DNA from: Octopus sinensis
Lineage: Eukaryota
Length of the DNA stretch: 64,000 nt
Reading direction: 5' to 3'
Assembly: GCF_006345805.1 (NCBI RefSeq)
Contig: NC_043000.1
Location: 48,980,001-49,044,000, forward strand
Shown: piece by piece, positions 14,057 through 26,222 of the stretch
Position numbering within the stretch: position 1 is the stretch's first letter
Layout: every line of letters starts with the position of its first letter
The notes under the pieces: generated by a model
Database searches by the model: none
What the model saw: only the letters and a program-made list of their open reading frames with translations
What the model was told of the DNA's origin: nothing
Made by a program: the position numbers and the translations under genes

Positions 14057-14716
14057 CTGTGTCTGTCGTGGCTTGCGAGGTAGCAGTACTCACACGGGGT
14101 ATCAAAAATGAGTTGTGGTTGAAAGATTGTTGATAAAGTGCTTTAAAGGCATAGATGTAGAGGGAGAGTGACTATGCTATGGATGATAAGTATAGATGTT
14201 TATACTAAAGGGAGTGCCATTCAAGTTCTTTGTAATGCTAATCAATTCTTCATGGAAGGTTACATTTCCATTGTCCGTGGGTGACATTCAAGAATTTACC
14301 GTTCATTCAGTTAATGAACTTACATATACATATACATCGTTCTGAATAGATTGACATATTTACACACCCATATATACATATACATGCTCTCATACACATA
14401 TACATTTATATACATACTCATGCTCACATACACACACACACATCTAAATATATATACATATACATACGCGCGTGCATGTACATACATATATACACACATA
14501 TATACAAACATTCATCCATATACATGTATACACACGCAGATAAAAAGGTATATATACATATGTATATATATATATATATATATATGTTAATAAAATAGAA
14601 CATATGCATATATATAAACATATATGTACGTACCTACCTCTACATGTACATATTCATATATATATATATATGTGTGTGTGTGTATGTATATATATATATA
14701 TTATATATATTATTTT

Positions 14717-14973
14717 TATTATATGTAGAAAAATACATACTGGGACAAGAACGTAAAACATTTAGAAGATGATACAAAAATCACGGACGGGACATTCGAA
14801 GCCTTCGATCTTCAGTCAAGAACCGGATCATCGTAGCAATTCCGGCTGATTAATCTTGATGATCCAGCTCTTGACTGAAGATCGAAGGCTTCGAATGTCC
14901 CGTCCGTGTTTCTTGTATCGTCTTCTAAATGTTTTACGTTCTTGTCCCAGTTTGTATTTTTCTACATATAATA
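14717..14973. repeat. Long fold-back inverted repeat (about 116-bp arms, 25-nt loop), probably PLE-derived
   Basis: 14717-14832 is the reverse complement of 14858-14973 with only a handful of mismatches. A diverged single arm occurs at about 32700-32825. Confidence 0.9.
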
Positions 14974-15233
14974 ACAATATATATAGCAACGTCCGTACCC
15001 TCGTTGGCACTTATATAGATATATACATACATACATACATACATACGTATATACGTATATACATATATATTTACACAACCGCATATTAGACGTGCTTCCA
15101 TATATCCGGATGCTGCTTATATCTGTGCTTACATGCATATACATACATGGTCACGCACGCATAGATACACATACATCTACAAGACAGATACGTACTTACA
15201 CACACACATATATATATATATATATATTTGCAT

Positions 15234-15274
<41 letters not shown>

Positions 15275-15717
15275 CGCGCATGCATGCGCCTATGGATACC
15301 TACATATACGAACACATACACAGATATATACAACCGCACGTGCGCTTAAGTATACATTGTTATATATACCTATAGGTGTACATATACAGACACACGCTAT
15401 ACGTACACACCGACACATGCATACACATATACATGTACACTAACAGACTTTCAACCACAACACATCTTTTGATAGACCCAGTCGGTACTACTACTACCTT
15501 GAAGCCACGACAAATAGTAAGGATACTTTTGAAGCCGAGAATTTGAGTATACGGAAACTATTTATATACCAACTGAGTAAACACAGGTAGATCTCATAAT
15601 GCAGGGAATCTGTTATATCACGAAATACCTGCGAACCCGAGAACTACGTAGCATCGAAACAATTGTAGTGATTACAAATAAATGTCCCTCTCTACCCCTT
15701 GTTGACTCCAAGTTATT

Positions 15718-15773
<56 letters not shown>

Positions 15774-15820
15774 CACGTTATTCAACACACACACACACAT
15801 ATATATATATACATACATAT

Positions 15821-16305
15821 GGTGGCTGCCCCCTCGTTAGCGAGTATGGCCATTGCATGAAGCTTAATCAATGTTGTTATCGTGCAATGTCTGTGCAACA
15901 AGTTTTTTTTAAAGTGAGGAAAGGCTGTGCACTGAGTCAATCTCACTCACTAAGCAACAGCAACCATAATCCGAAAAGAAGAACAAGTCAGCATCATCGG
16001 TAACCACTGAGCCGCAGATTTTATGTCGGAGTTATCCCAGTTACCTGAGTTACCTTCTCCTAGAAGGATGCCCTAACAAAGGCTAGGAGTCCTTCACTCC
16101 CAATGGTTTAACCACGCGATCGGGTATTCGGTCCGATTATTTCTATGTCCCCGCGCATGATACAGCCTTAAGACAGTTATTGGATGGCCGTTGACTCTCA
16201 AGAGTTCCTCCGCCCTTTGACGGGTTTTGTTTTTCATCTCGCAAGCTTGGTGGGGTTGCCGGTTTAGTTGCCGACGACCTGACCATGCAACAGGTTGTAC
16301 TGGGT
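15821..16305 (-). mobile_element. RTE-like LINE 5'-UTR-derived fragment
   Basis: GC-richer island between microsatellites. The minus strand carries GGCAACTAAACCGGCAACCCC and GGGCATCCTTCTAGGAGAAGGTAACT, motifs resembling RTE-clade 5' UTRs (from recollection). No coding homology seen. Confidence 0.45.
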
Positions 16306-16462
16306 TACATGCATACATATACATATACATATTTAGTTTCGTGCAGAATTTGCTGAGGTTATGACTAAGTTGAAATCACTACCCACTGAAGATATTTAAT
16401 GATGCTTAATATTACAGTAATACTTTAGGCACTACAGTCCATTCAACTAAGGTGGTATTGTT

Positions 16463-16517
<55 letters not shown>

Positions 16518-17742
16518 GTTTTTATATATCCCCCCCAAATAGGTGTGATTTGAGCGTGTGTGTAGGTAGATAGATATGGAAAGGGAGAGATTAAGAGACA
16601 GAGGTAAGGTGAGGTAGACAGAGAGAAAAGTAGGCATAATTTAATCGAAAAATACACTAAAGTCTATGATGTTCATAAAATTGAGACTAAAAGATTCCGA
16701 TAATTGTTGTTGATTATTATTTTGATATTAATTTTATAGAACGCCTCAGGACTTGGAAAATTTATTGGAAATGTTTAAATATATTAATTATTGAAACACC
16801 ACGAATATGAAACTTATTTTAAAAAATAATGCTCGAAGCAATAATACTTTCTAAATAGAAAATCATTAAAGAATGATATGCAACGTATCATTTTAATCCA
16901 CCTCGAGTTTGGCTGCATAGATTATTTCAATTATGGCTTTTCTATTGCAATTTTGTGTCAGGTTGTTTTAACGTATACCATATTGGTTCAGTATAGCACG
17001 TTAATTGTAGTAATTACTTATGGCTTCAAGCGGAGTTGTATATCGCATTTAGATGTTAGCAATCTATTCTGCCTTTAGTGAGTTCAATTCATATTACCTT
17101 TTCGGTTTTGCAACTTCCAGAAATGGATTTCTAACATTTGCATGCGGCAGAGTGGAGCTCCACTTCAGCATTACCCATAAATATCATTCAGTCGTATGCA
17201 AACATAAATGTTGCAACAGTCATGATCCTAACTTCTAGTTTTGACACAGAAATAACACCACATCGCGTTGCTGACTCGGAAACATCTATATATCTCTGTC
17301 TCTGCACATTGATCAGACAAAAGAAACTAGAATACGATTTTAAAAAGTTAAACACATACAGCATTACTTCCAAGGTTCCCTGATTTGCGAAAAATCTACA
17401 AAATACATAAGGTGGGGAAGACGTAAAATGGAAACCCAGACTGTTTAACACATGACTAGAAATTTTTTATGTAGAAGGCTTAATGTGACAGGTAGACCAA
17501 ATTTAGATGTCCTGAGTTGATTTTTGTTTTTTTTTCTTCTTTTTTTGTATGCAAAATATCTCATTTAAACAAATTCCCTTTCCGTTGACGCCCGTACTTT
17601 TTTCCCATGTTCACGGTGTCATACGCACGTACCTTTTATAAAACGTGGTAGCCATTTACATACACAGTTGCCTACAAAAAGAGAAACATAACCAGACATA
17701 CTAATTCATACACACACACACACACAGACACACGCACATATA

Positions 17743-17785
<43 letters not shown>

Positions 17786-19010
17786 GTTTTTATATATCCC
17801 CCCCAAATAGGTGTGATTTGAGCGTGTGTGTAGGTAGATAGATATGGAAAGGGAGAGATTAAGAGACAGAGGTAAGGTGAGGTAGACAGAGAGAAAAGTA
17901 GGCATAATTTAATCGAAAAATACACTAAAGTCTATGATGTTCATAAAATTGAGACTAAAAGATTCCGATAATTGTTGTTGATTATTATTTTGATATTAAT
18001 TTTATAGAACGCCTCAGGACTTGGAAAATTTATTGGAAATGTTTAAATATATTAATTATTGAAACACCACGAATATGAAACTTATTTTAAAAAATAATGC
18101 TCGAAGCAATAATACTTTCTAAATAGAAAATCATTAAAGAATGATATGCAACGTATCATTTTAATCCACCTCGAGTTTGGCTGCATAGATTATTTCAATT
18201 ATGGCTTTTCTATTGCAATTTTGTGTCAGGTTGTTTTAACGTATACCATATTGGTTCAGTATAGCACGTTAATTGTAGTAATTACTTATGGCTTCAAGCG
18301 GAGTTGTATATCGCATTTAGATGTTAGCAATCTATTCTGCCTTTAGTGAGTTCAATTCATATTACCTTTTCGGTTTTGCAACTTCCAGAAATGGATTTCT
18401 AACATTTGCATGCGGCAGAGTGGAGCTCCACTTCAGCATTACCCATAAATATCATTCAGTCGTATGCAAACATAAATGTTGCAACAGTCATGATCCTAAC
18501 TTCTAGTTTTGACACAGAAATAACACCACATCGCGTTGCTGACTCGGAAACATCTATATATCTCTGTCTCTGCACATTGATCAGACAAAAGAAACTAGAA
18601 TACGATTTTAAAAAGTTAAACACATACAGCATTACTTCCAAGGTTCCCTGATTTGCGAAAAATCTACAAAATACATAAGGTGGGGAAGACGTAAAATGGA
18701 AACCCAGACTGTTTAACACATGACTAGAAATTTTTTATGTAGAAGGCTTAATGTGACAGGTAGACCAAATTTAGATGTCCTGAGTTGATTTTTGTTTTTT
18801 TTTCTTCTTTTTTTGTATGCAAAATATCTCATTTAAACAAATTCCCTTTCCGTTGACGCCCGTACTTTTTTCCCATGTTCACGGTGTCATACGCACGTAC
18901 CTTTTATAAAACGTGGTAGCCATTTACATACACAGTTGCCTACAAAAAGAGAAACATAACCAGACATACTAATTCATACACACACACACACACAAACACA
19001 CGCACATATA

Positions 19011-19066
<56 letters not shown>
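16463..19066. repeat. Near-perfect tandem duplication, 1268-bp period
   Basis: Unique part 16517-17742 matches 17785-19010; identical ORFs are offset by 1268 (16878/18146). Only one substitution noticed (CAGAC/CAAAC near the unit end). TGCA(TA)n tracts at 16463, 17743 and 19011 bound the units. Confidence 0.95.
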
Positions 19067-19067
<1 letters not shown>

Positions 19068-19985
19068 TAGCAGGGATATCCGGAATTACCCGTATCACAT
19101 GGAAATGAAGAATTAGATTTTTCTTTTATATTTTCTGTAATGAACTGGAATACCTATGATTCTAATTTCATGAAAATTGGATATTAAGAATTTTAATGGG
19201 GTTTTTTTCCTCTTTACGCACCTTAACAAAAATTCTAATAATGACATACTATTCATCTATTCATCTTCATGCCCAGATTCCAAAACCCATTCAAAGGTTT
19301 TCACTCCTGAACAATGGACCACATGGAGCTCTAAAATGTGGGAGTTCTAAAGTCAACCAGCGAAGTTGAATTGATGGGAATCTTTTTTAACTTGTGTCTT
19401 ATATCTATGGTATAAATTACTTTGAAATTGGAAATATATGAATATTTACTAGGTTTGTAAAAGAGAGCAAATCTAGAGGAAACCAAAAGACGAATGATCA
19501 CAATAAGCAGTCAGCCTCATTTATGCCCCCTCACTTTCAAACATATAATGTATTACACCCGCCCTTATGTACTTTTTACCTTGTTTTTGATCATAAAAAT
19601 GACTAAAATTTGGGAGTCATGGCCCCCATTAGGGGATCTTAGAATCCTCATGAGAAGCGGAAACTTTGGGAATACTTTTTGATTTGTGTCATCAACATCG
19701 AAAATTTATGAATATTCATGGGCTTCTAAGCCCCCGCAAATTAAAAGCAAACATACTGCATTATACCCGGCCTTATGTATTGAATCTAAGTTCCAAATAT
19801 CATAAGGATCCATTCAGTAATTTTGGTCCATTGAAAATGACTAATATTTGGGGCTTAAGTCCCCATTAGTGGGTCTTAGAAACATACAAAGAAATGGAAA
19901 TTTTGGCTATATTTTAAAATTTATTCCTAATACCTGTGTTCCAAATTTCATTAGGATAAGTCAAGTCATTTTTTGGTCTATAAGT
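19067..19985 (-). mobile_element. Non-autonomous Helitron-like element
   Basis: Minus-strand 3' end CGGGTAATTCCG hairpin ...CCTGCTAG|T inserted in (TA)n. Internal diverged repeat at about 19550-19680 versus 19760-19910. 5' boundary uncertain. Confidence 0.6.
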
Positions 19986-20005
19986 AACACACACACATAT
20001 ATATA

Positions 20006-20039
<34 letters not shown>

Positions 20040-20263
20040 GTGGGTAATAATCGCTGGATTTCACAACGCGTATCTGAATATATCTCAACGAAGTAAATTT
20101 AATTCTGAGTGCTCAGTCACAAATTACTAATTATTTAGAGTTGCAGCCAGGTAAAGGAAATAGGTGAAACGAGTGAACGATCCTGAATATACCAATACAA
20201 ATAATGTTTGCATATAATATACACATATGTAATATGAAGTATGCAGAAATGTACATATATATA

Positions 20264-20312
<49 letters not shown>

Positions 20313-21300
20313 GAGAGTGAGGAGGGAGGGAGAGATGTTATGTGTGTGTATGTGTGTTTGTATTAGTGTAACTTTGCAGTAGATTAGTTCGAGTCAAAAG
20401 GCAATAGAATGATGTGCAAGTTAATAGTCTTGTAATTAAATTTTATTAGATTAGGTCGAGAATTATTCCTGAATTGCAACATAAAATGTAATGACTGACT
20501 GCACGAAAGAGAAATGTGTAATTAGAGTTTAAAATTGGAACAATTTCTTCAGTTTGATATTTATTTGGCTGTAGCTTTTAAATATGGTGAGCTTATAAAT
20601 AAAATGTAAGGCGAATATTTTCTTTATATATTAATCATATCTTTTAGAAACCAGGACTTTTGACGCATTAATATATCTTTTATTATAATGATATCTCTCA
20701 ACTTGAGGTGTGTATTAGTTGATACTTTGCTTAGCTTAGCCTCCTTTATCACCGATTCAATAATCACTGATTCGAGATAACACGGTATGCTCACCTGTGA
20801 GCCCTGTTACGAATATCACGGATTGATTTGTGATAACAGGAGTCGGCGATTAGTTCAAGATACTACGTGTACCGAAAAAACACGCGACAGAGAACACTCA
20901 AAATGTTCAGCTAACCAGATTACTCTGATTAACATTTGCGTTTACATGACCGTGTTGCGAAACTGCGTATTTTTTTATACAGTGTACACCTCAACACGGG
21001 GACCATTGAACAGAAACAATACGGAGGCGCCTACAGCAAGCAAACAAGTACGTATATTCTCTACACGGAAAAGAAGAGCCGACCAAGAAAATACGTTTTG
21101 GTGAAAGCTTCACTGCTGTAGGGCACGAATTTGGTGCCATTTGTGCTACTATTCGGTCCCTTTACAAAGTGCTTGGAGATGATTCATTTATCACTGTCTT
21201 GGTTTGTTTTGTTTTTGTTTGCTTTTAACCAACTGTCCGTAATAATGAAGGACGCATGTCTCACTTCTGCAGAACGTTTAAAATGTTTCTTATTCATTTT

Positions 21301-21330
21301 ACACACACACACAAACACACAAACACACAC

Positions 21331-21390
<60 letters not shown>
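21301..21390. repeat. (CA)n microsatellite
   Basis: Direct inspection. Confidence 0.95.
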
Positions 21391-21392
<2 letters not shown>

Positions 21393-21419
21393 CGAATAGA
21401 TCGCTAGCCACTACACATT

Positions 21420-21575
21420 CTTTATTTTCTCTCCTTGTTTCTTTCTGTGTTCCTTTCTGTGGAAGAGCGTAGGCTCGTAGCGTTAAAGACTTTTTCACTT
21501 CTTGAGAATTATACTAATACATCTGTTTGTTGTCTTCACTACCTGTTTTCGTCTTTTGTTTTTTTTTGTGAATTC
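21420..21575 (+). mobile_element. Penelope-like terminal-repeat remnant with degenerate hammerhead (21453-21488)
   Basis: CTTT-CTGTGGA-A-GAGC-GTAG-GCTC-GTAG-CGTT-AAAG: stem I CTTT/AAAG and stem II GAGC/GCTC intact, core mutated. Confidence 0.5.
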
Positions 21576-21591
21576 TCCTTATATATATATA

Positions 21592-21651
21592 TTACTCTTT
21601 TACTCTTTTACTTGTTTCAGTCATTTGACTGTGGCCATGCTGGAGCACCAC

Positions 21652-21655
<4 letters not shown>
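21592..21655 (-). mobile_element. SINE family B 3' end fragment
   Basis: TTACTCTTTTACTTGTTTCAGTCATTTGACTGTGGCCATGCTGGAGCACC, similar to 34150-34200. Confidence 0.7.
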
Positions 21656-21690
<35 letters not shown>

Positions 21691-21766
21691 TGACACTGTC
21701 AATAGAAGGGAACTGAAAGAAGCCTGTCATATGTATATATATATATGTATGTATGTATATGTGTAC

Positions 21767-21869
<103 letters not shown>

Positions 21870-23198
21870 AAAATAGTGATTTAGGAATTCGAGAAATCCG
21901 AGCGAATACCTTAGCACTGCATGCGAATAACTGAAGAAACAATACTAGTTAAAAAGTAGTAATTAATGTAAGTTAGATATGTCTTCTGAAAGATAGAAAC
22001 TGCGAATCTGATGCTATCCACCAATGTTAGTACATCAATCACAGCGTCTGACAGTAAACAGACAAAGAAAAGAATAAAGAATGATATTCTTATACTTCAA
22101 AACGTTTGCATAACCGTATCAACATCATACAGTGATTTGTACATATAACTGTTCAATCAATCAATCGTTTAATTAATGGAAAATTCATCCCACATCTCAT
22201 CAGAGCTCAAAATCTACTCCTATTTATATAACACTTTACATTATCTTCCAAGTTTCCAAATAACAAGTTTTCCTGATATACATCTATGTTCAGTTGATAT
22301 ATTAGAGCAAAAGAGATTTTGCATGAACATTATATTTGTAAATATATCTGTTTCGAACGTAGGTATGTTACTTTTTAAATTACTTTCCTAATTTAGCAGA
22401 ATGTTAAAATACTCGTGCTAGATTAATAGACACTTAAACTTATACCAGTGAAAATCTGGTATTTACTTATTCCAGCTGATGCTAGATAGATTTGAGTGCA
22501 CAATGCAGAGAGCTACTAGCGAATAGTGCGTCGCACTATTGTTGCAACTGTTCAACTAACTTCCTTACATTATTCAATAAAATTATATTAATCATTTACA
22601 GATTTAGCCTTGGGATTGATTTAATTAGCATGAAGTAATGTAATTTCTAAATATACAGTGTATATTTATCAGAGATAATCTCTTGTTTCATTTGCGTTAT
22701 TTGGATAGCTGGAAAGGTTTTATATAGAATCTCATCCTTTTACAGTTCAACAAACCAGACGAATTGGCACCAATTTTTTAGATAGTTGAGCAACTTTAAA
22801 TGGAGTAAAATTTCTTAGCTTAGAGCCATGCCACACTATCTGCAACAAAATCTGATCAGAAAATGCACTCACACTGTTAGACATTCGCTACTGCATTTTC
22901 ATTAGAAAAGTTCAAGTCACAAGTATATACACATGTTTTATAAATAATACCTTAGTTCAGAAAGGTTGATCATGTATAAATTTACTTAGATTTTATATTC
23001 ATTACATTACGCGTTACCAACTTCTTCATTGAACACATATTATCACTGTGTTATGGCATATCTCTAACGAACAATTCTAGGTTTTCAGGTAAACATATCA
23101 ACGATATTTTAACTGACCCTGCCTTCGTTTATTGTTTCAAGGGCAACTAAGCTTGGTGTATCTTCTTTAGCTATAGGAGTCTATGAAATCTCCCTCAT

Positions 23199-23202
<4 letters not shown>

Positions 23203-23257
<55 letters not shown>

Positions 23258-23275
23258 CGTCTCTCTCTCTCCCTC
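23203..23275. repeat. (TC)n microsatellite
   Basis: Direct inspection. Confidence 0.95.
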
Positions 23276-25254
23276 TTTCACACACACATACATACCCACT
23301 CATGAAAACAAATACACGGGTCTAAACATTTGCAGATTGTTTGAAAATTAAAATGTTGTTTGCCACCAAGTAATGGGAGATATGACTTTATTCTTCTAGC
23401 ATTTTCTTAATTGTGAATTTCATATTACAACCAGCTTCGAAAACAGTGGTTTGTGCAGAATTATATTCTAAAAAGTGCTTTATGTTTAATTTTTATGTTA
23501 CCCGGCAACTTACCTGATTCTACGCAGTGAGAACGCACACATCAGCTGCATCACATTTAGAAACTCTTGTTGAAAGAAATGGAGTGTTCTTGAGTGTTAA
23601 AGTTAATGGTGATGCACTTCCTGTATACGTCTAAAAGTTCTTGCCTAGTTTATTGATCGATTGGGAAAAAAAGCACTGTAAATTCGTTCTGAATTTAAAG
23701 TCTACGATTTCTACAAATGTACTAAAATATTTACATTATGGGAAATATCAAAGAAAAGTAAACAGCAGTTGTACTTCAATATATTTTATTGAAGCTGTGT
23801 GTTACAGATTAACAGGTAGAGCAATGTAATTTCATTGATGCATTGTAAAATATGCCAGTCTTATGGAAGAATTAAACATTTGAAAAGAAAATGTACCAAC
23901 ATTTGCCTATTCGATATTTAAATATATAATTAACTAATTTACATTTTTAATTACTAGAATTGTTTTTGCTCTAGAACATACAACTTCGTGTAAGTAACAC
24001 GCATACCAAACTTGATTACTGCTGCTCATAGAACTTGAGATTTTTGATATACGCTTATTAAGCTGAGGAATTTTTTTTCAACCATCCGTTCATTTGCAGA
24101 TAAAGCTGCTGCTGGAAACTGCATTGTTACGTGCCTCTCATGCAAATCTCCAACAAACTACACGTTTGATTCATTTGTAATAATGAAAAAATACGCGAAA
24201 ACGTGAGATTTGATATGTTCATTAGTGAGTTTATGAACCAAGTCTTACAAATTCCAAAATCGTTGTTAGCCAAATCGCATCTCAGGTTTTACTTTAAATC
24301 ATGATAATTGAAGAACGCGTAGTTTAATATATGTAATTTGCGTCACCAAATGAAACTGTTACCAACATATATTTAACATATGATTGGATTTGCACGTCTC
24401 ATGTGTTTTTAATAAACGTGTGTGGGATATTAGCTACAACCCACGTATCATAATTTCATTTACTTATAGTTTTTCATTTATACATGCCATTCGTTGATTT
24501 AAGTGATATTTTTACTGTGTGAGAGTAACGTACACGTAGACAAGACGCAAAACCTGAGGCCATGTCATATATTGTGGTTTATTTTGCCTAGCATTTTATG
24601 ATGTGTTCAACATAACTAACTTCGAAGCTCCTCTATGTCTATCTTACAATGTATTTCACATTTATAACTGATTCATGAGCCCAATAACCCAATATGCAAT
24701 AACATCTTATTTAACAATAGCAGACATTTAGATTGTGCTCTAGAAATTTGAGTAGTGAGAATCCATTTCATTCCAAGAAACCTCCACTATACAAAGTGAA
24801 TTTATCCTTGTCATCCAGCATCTCCCTACAGAAAGGTTTACAACGCTGTCTATTTACCTGCCATTGTCATAAGCGCTGGATAGCAGGAAACAAATCTGAA
24901 AAGAACCCGAAAAAATAGTAACATTTCTGCTGGTAGACTTACGCCCGAACATATTCTAGAGTGGAATGAATATAATTAGATGTCATCAATCAGGGATCTG
25001 TCTTGTTCAACTATTTAATTTAGTTAACTATAATCTAATTTCAAATTTTGTTTGATTTTAGGATTTTAGTCGTGAAAAAATTCTAAAACACAATGCAATA
25101 AATTTTTGTAAAGTATGTACTATAATTTAAGCAGATTGATATAAGACTGAATTATTTCATGTTGATTTGAGCATATCGTTCATTCCGCTAATCAATATAT
25201 TAGTTTACATTATTTACATTTGACGGATATTTGTCCTTCTCTTGTTTGTTGTTA

Positions 25255-25298
25255 ACACAACGTTTCGGCTGATATACCCTCCAGCCTTCATCAGGTGT
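25255..25298 (-). ncRNA. Minimal type I hammerhead ribozyme (PLE type, palindromic stem III)
   Basis: Minus strand: ACAC-CTGATGA-A-GGCTG-gagggtatat-CAGCC-GAAA-C-GTT-GTGT. Stem I ACAC/GTGT, stem II GGCTG/CAGCC, loopless palindromic stem III ACGT, GTT triplet. Confidence 0.75.
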
Positions 25299-25357
25299 CT
25301 TGAGGTAATTTCGAACCTGGGTTCTCATCCCTAAGATTATTATTATTATTATTATTC

Positions 25358-25431
25358 AGGTCACTGCCTGGAATCGAACTTGGAATCTTGGGATTAGTAG
25401 CCCGCGCTCTTAACCATTATGCCATATGTCC
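25358..25431 (-). promoter_or_regulatory. tRNA-derived Pol III head (A box / B box); not a functional tRNA
   Basis: Minus strand: GGACATA-TGGCATAATGGT (A box)-TAAGAGCGCGGG-CTACTAA-TCCCAAGATTCCA-AGTTCGATTCC (B box)-AGGCAGTGACCT. Acceptor and T stems imperfect. Confidence 0.65.
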
Positions 25432-25450
25432 GTGGGCATACGGTATAGTG

Positions 25451-25481
<31 letters not shown>

Positions 25482-25532
25482 TCATTGAAAAATACCTTAC
25501 CAATAAGATCCCAAGTTCGAAACGTCCTCAAG

Positions 25533-25574
25533 ACAACTGATGAAGGCTGGAGGGTATATCAGCCGAAACGTGTT
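25533..25574 (+). ncRNA. Hammerhead copy with damaged cleavage site
   Basis: ACAA-CTGATGA-A-GGCTG...CAGCC-GAAA-CGTGTT. A 3-nt deletion relative to the minus-strand copy removes the NUH triplet. Confidence 0.55.
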
Positions 25575-25775
25575 AACAACAAACAAGATGAGGACAAATA
25601 TCTGTTAAATGTAAATAATGTAAATAATGTACATAATTCCTCATCGCTTAAATATAGAACTGTAATATATTAGTTGTGTCTATAGATTAGTGAAAAATAA
25701 ATACAGCTATCTGCTAACTGAAGACTGTTTAAGAGGAAACAAGCTGATTATTCAGCACTATTACAAGTATGGTTA

Positions 25776-26222
25776 AGGCGGCAAGCTGGCAGAATTGTTA
25801 TTTCGGCGGGCAAAGTGCTTCACAGTATTTCGACCGTCCTTACGTTCTGAGCTCGAATTCCACCAAACTCCACTTTGCCTTTCATCCTTTCGGGGTATCG
25901 TTAACATAATTATCAGTGAATTACTAGGGTCGATGTGGTCGATTTATCGGTCCCCAAAATTGGTGGCTCTGTGCCAGAAATTGAAACCAATATTAGAAGT
26001 CAATTTAAGGCAGCGAGTTGGCAGAATTGTTACTCCACGGTTAAGATGTTTAACGGTACATCGTCCGTGTCTACGCTCTGTGTTCAAGTTCCACCGAGGT
26101 CGAATTTGCTTTTCAACATCTCGGGGATCAATAAAATTGGTAACAACTGATCACTGGGGTGGATGTAGTCGACTTACTGCTCCCTGAGATTGCTGGTCTT
26201 GTCTCAAAAATTAAAACCAATA
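25776..26222 (+). mobile_element. Two tandem SINE family A copies (about 25776-25990 and 26007-26222)
   Basis: Each starts AAGGCxGCxAGyTGGCAGAATTGTTA, has a B-box-like GAGCTCGAATTCC or GTGTTCAAGTTCC, and ends AAATTxAAACCAATAT. Confidence 0.8.

Larger units (their letters stand above)
25204..25662. mobile_element. Palindromic head-to-head pair of a tRNA-headed, hammerhead-containing retroelement
   Basis: 25204-25330 is an inverted copy of about 25503-25624. The centre holds a tRNA-like head on minus (25431-25358) and a truncated head on plus (25434-25455); each is followed by (AAT)n. Confidence 0.8.

Noticed and set aside
14870-14900. CTGAAGA...GAATGTC as a hammerhead
   Set aside because: GAAT instead of GAAA, and no workable stem II loop or stem I/III pairing.
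20806-20841. Hairpin CCTGTTA..ATCAC/GTGAT..TAACAGG as a pre-miRNA
   Set aside because: Stem too short and bulged; no match to a miRNA I recognise.
23507-23632. Perfect minus-strand donor CAG|GTAAGT with upstream acceptors
   Set aside because: All three frames of the long version contain stops; a 6-nt micro-exon or UTR exon cannot be supported from sequence alone.
25358-25431. Functional tRNA gene (anticodon-like loop CTACTAA)
   Set aside because: Acceptor and T stems do not pair properly and it is embedded in a repeat; treated as a SINE-type head.
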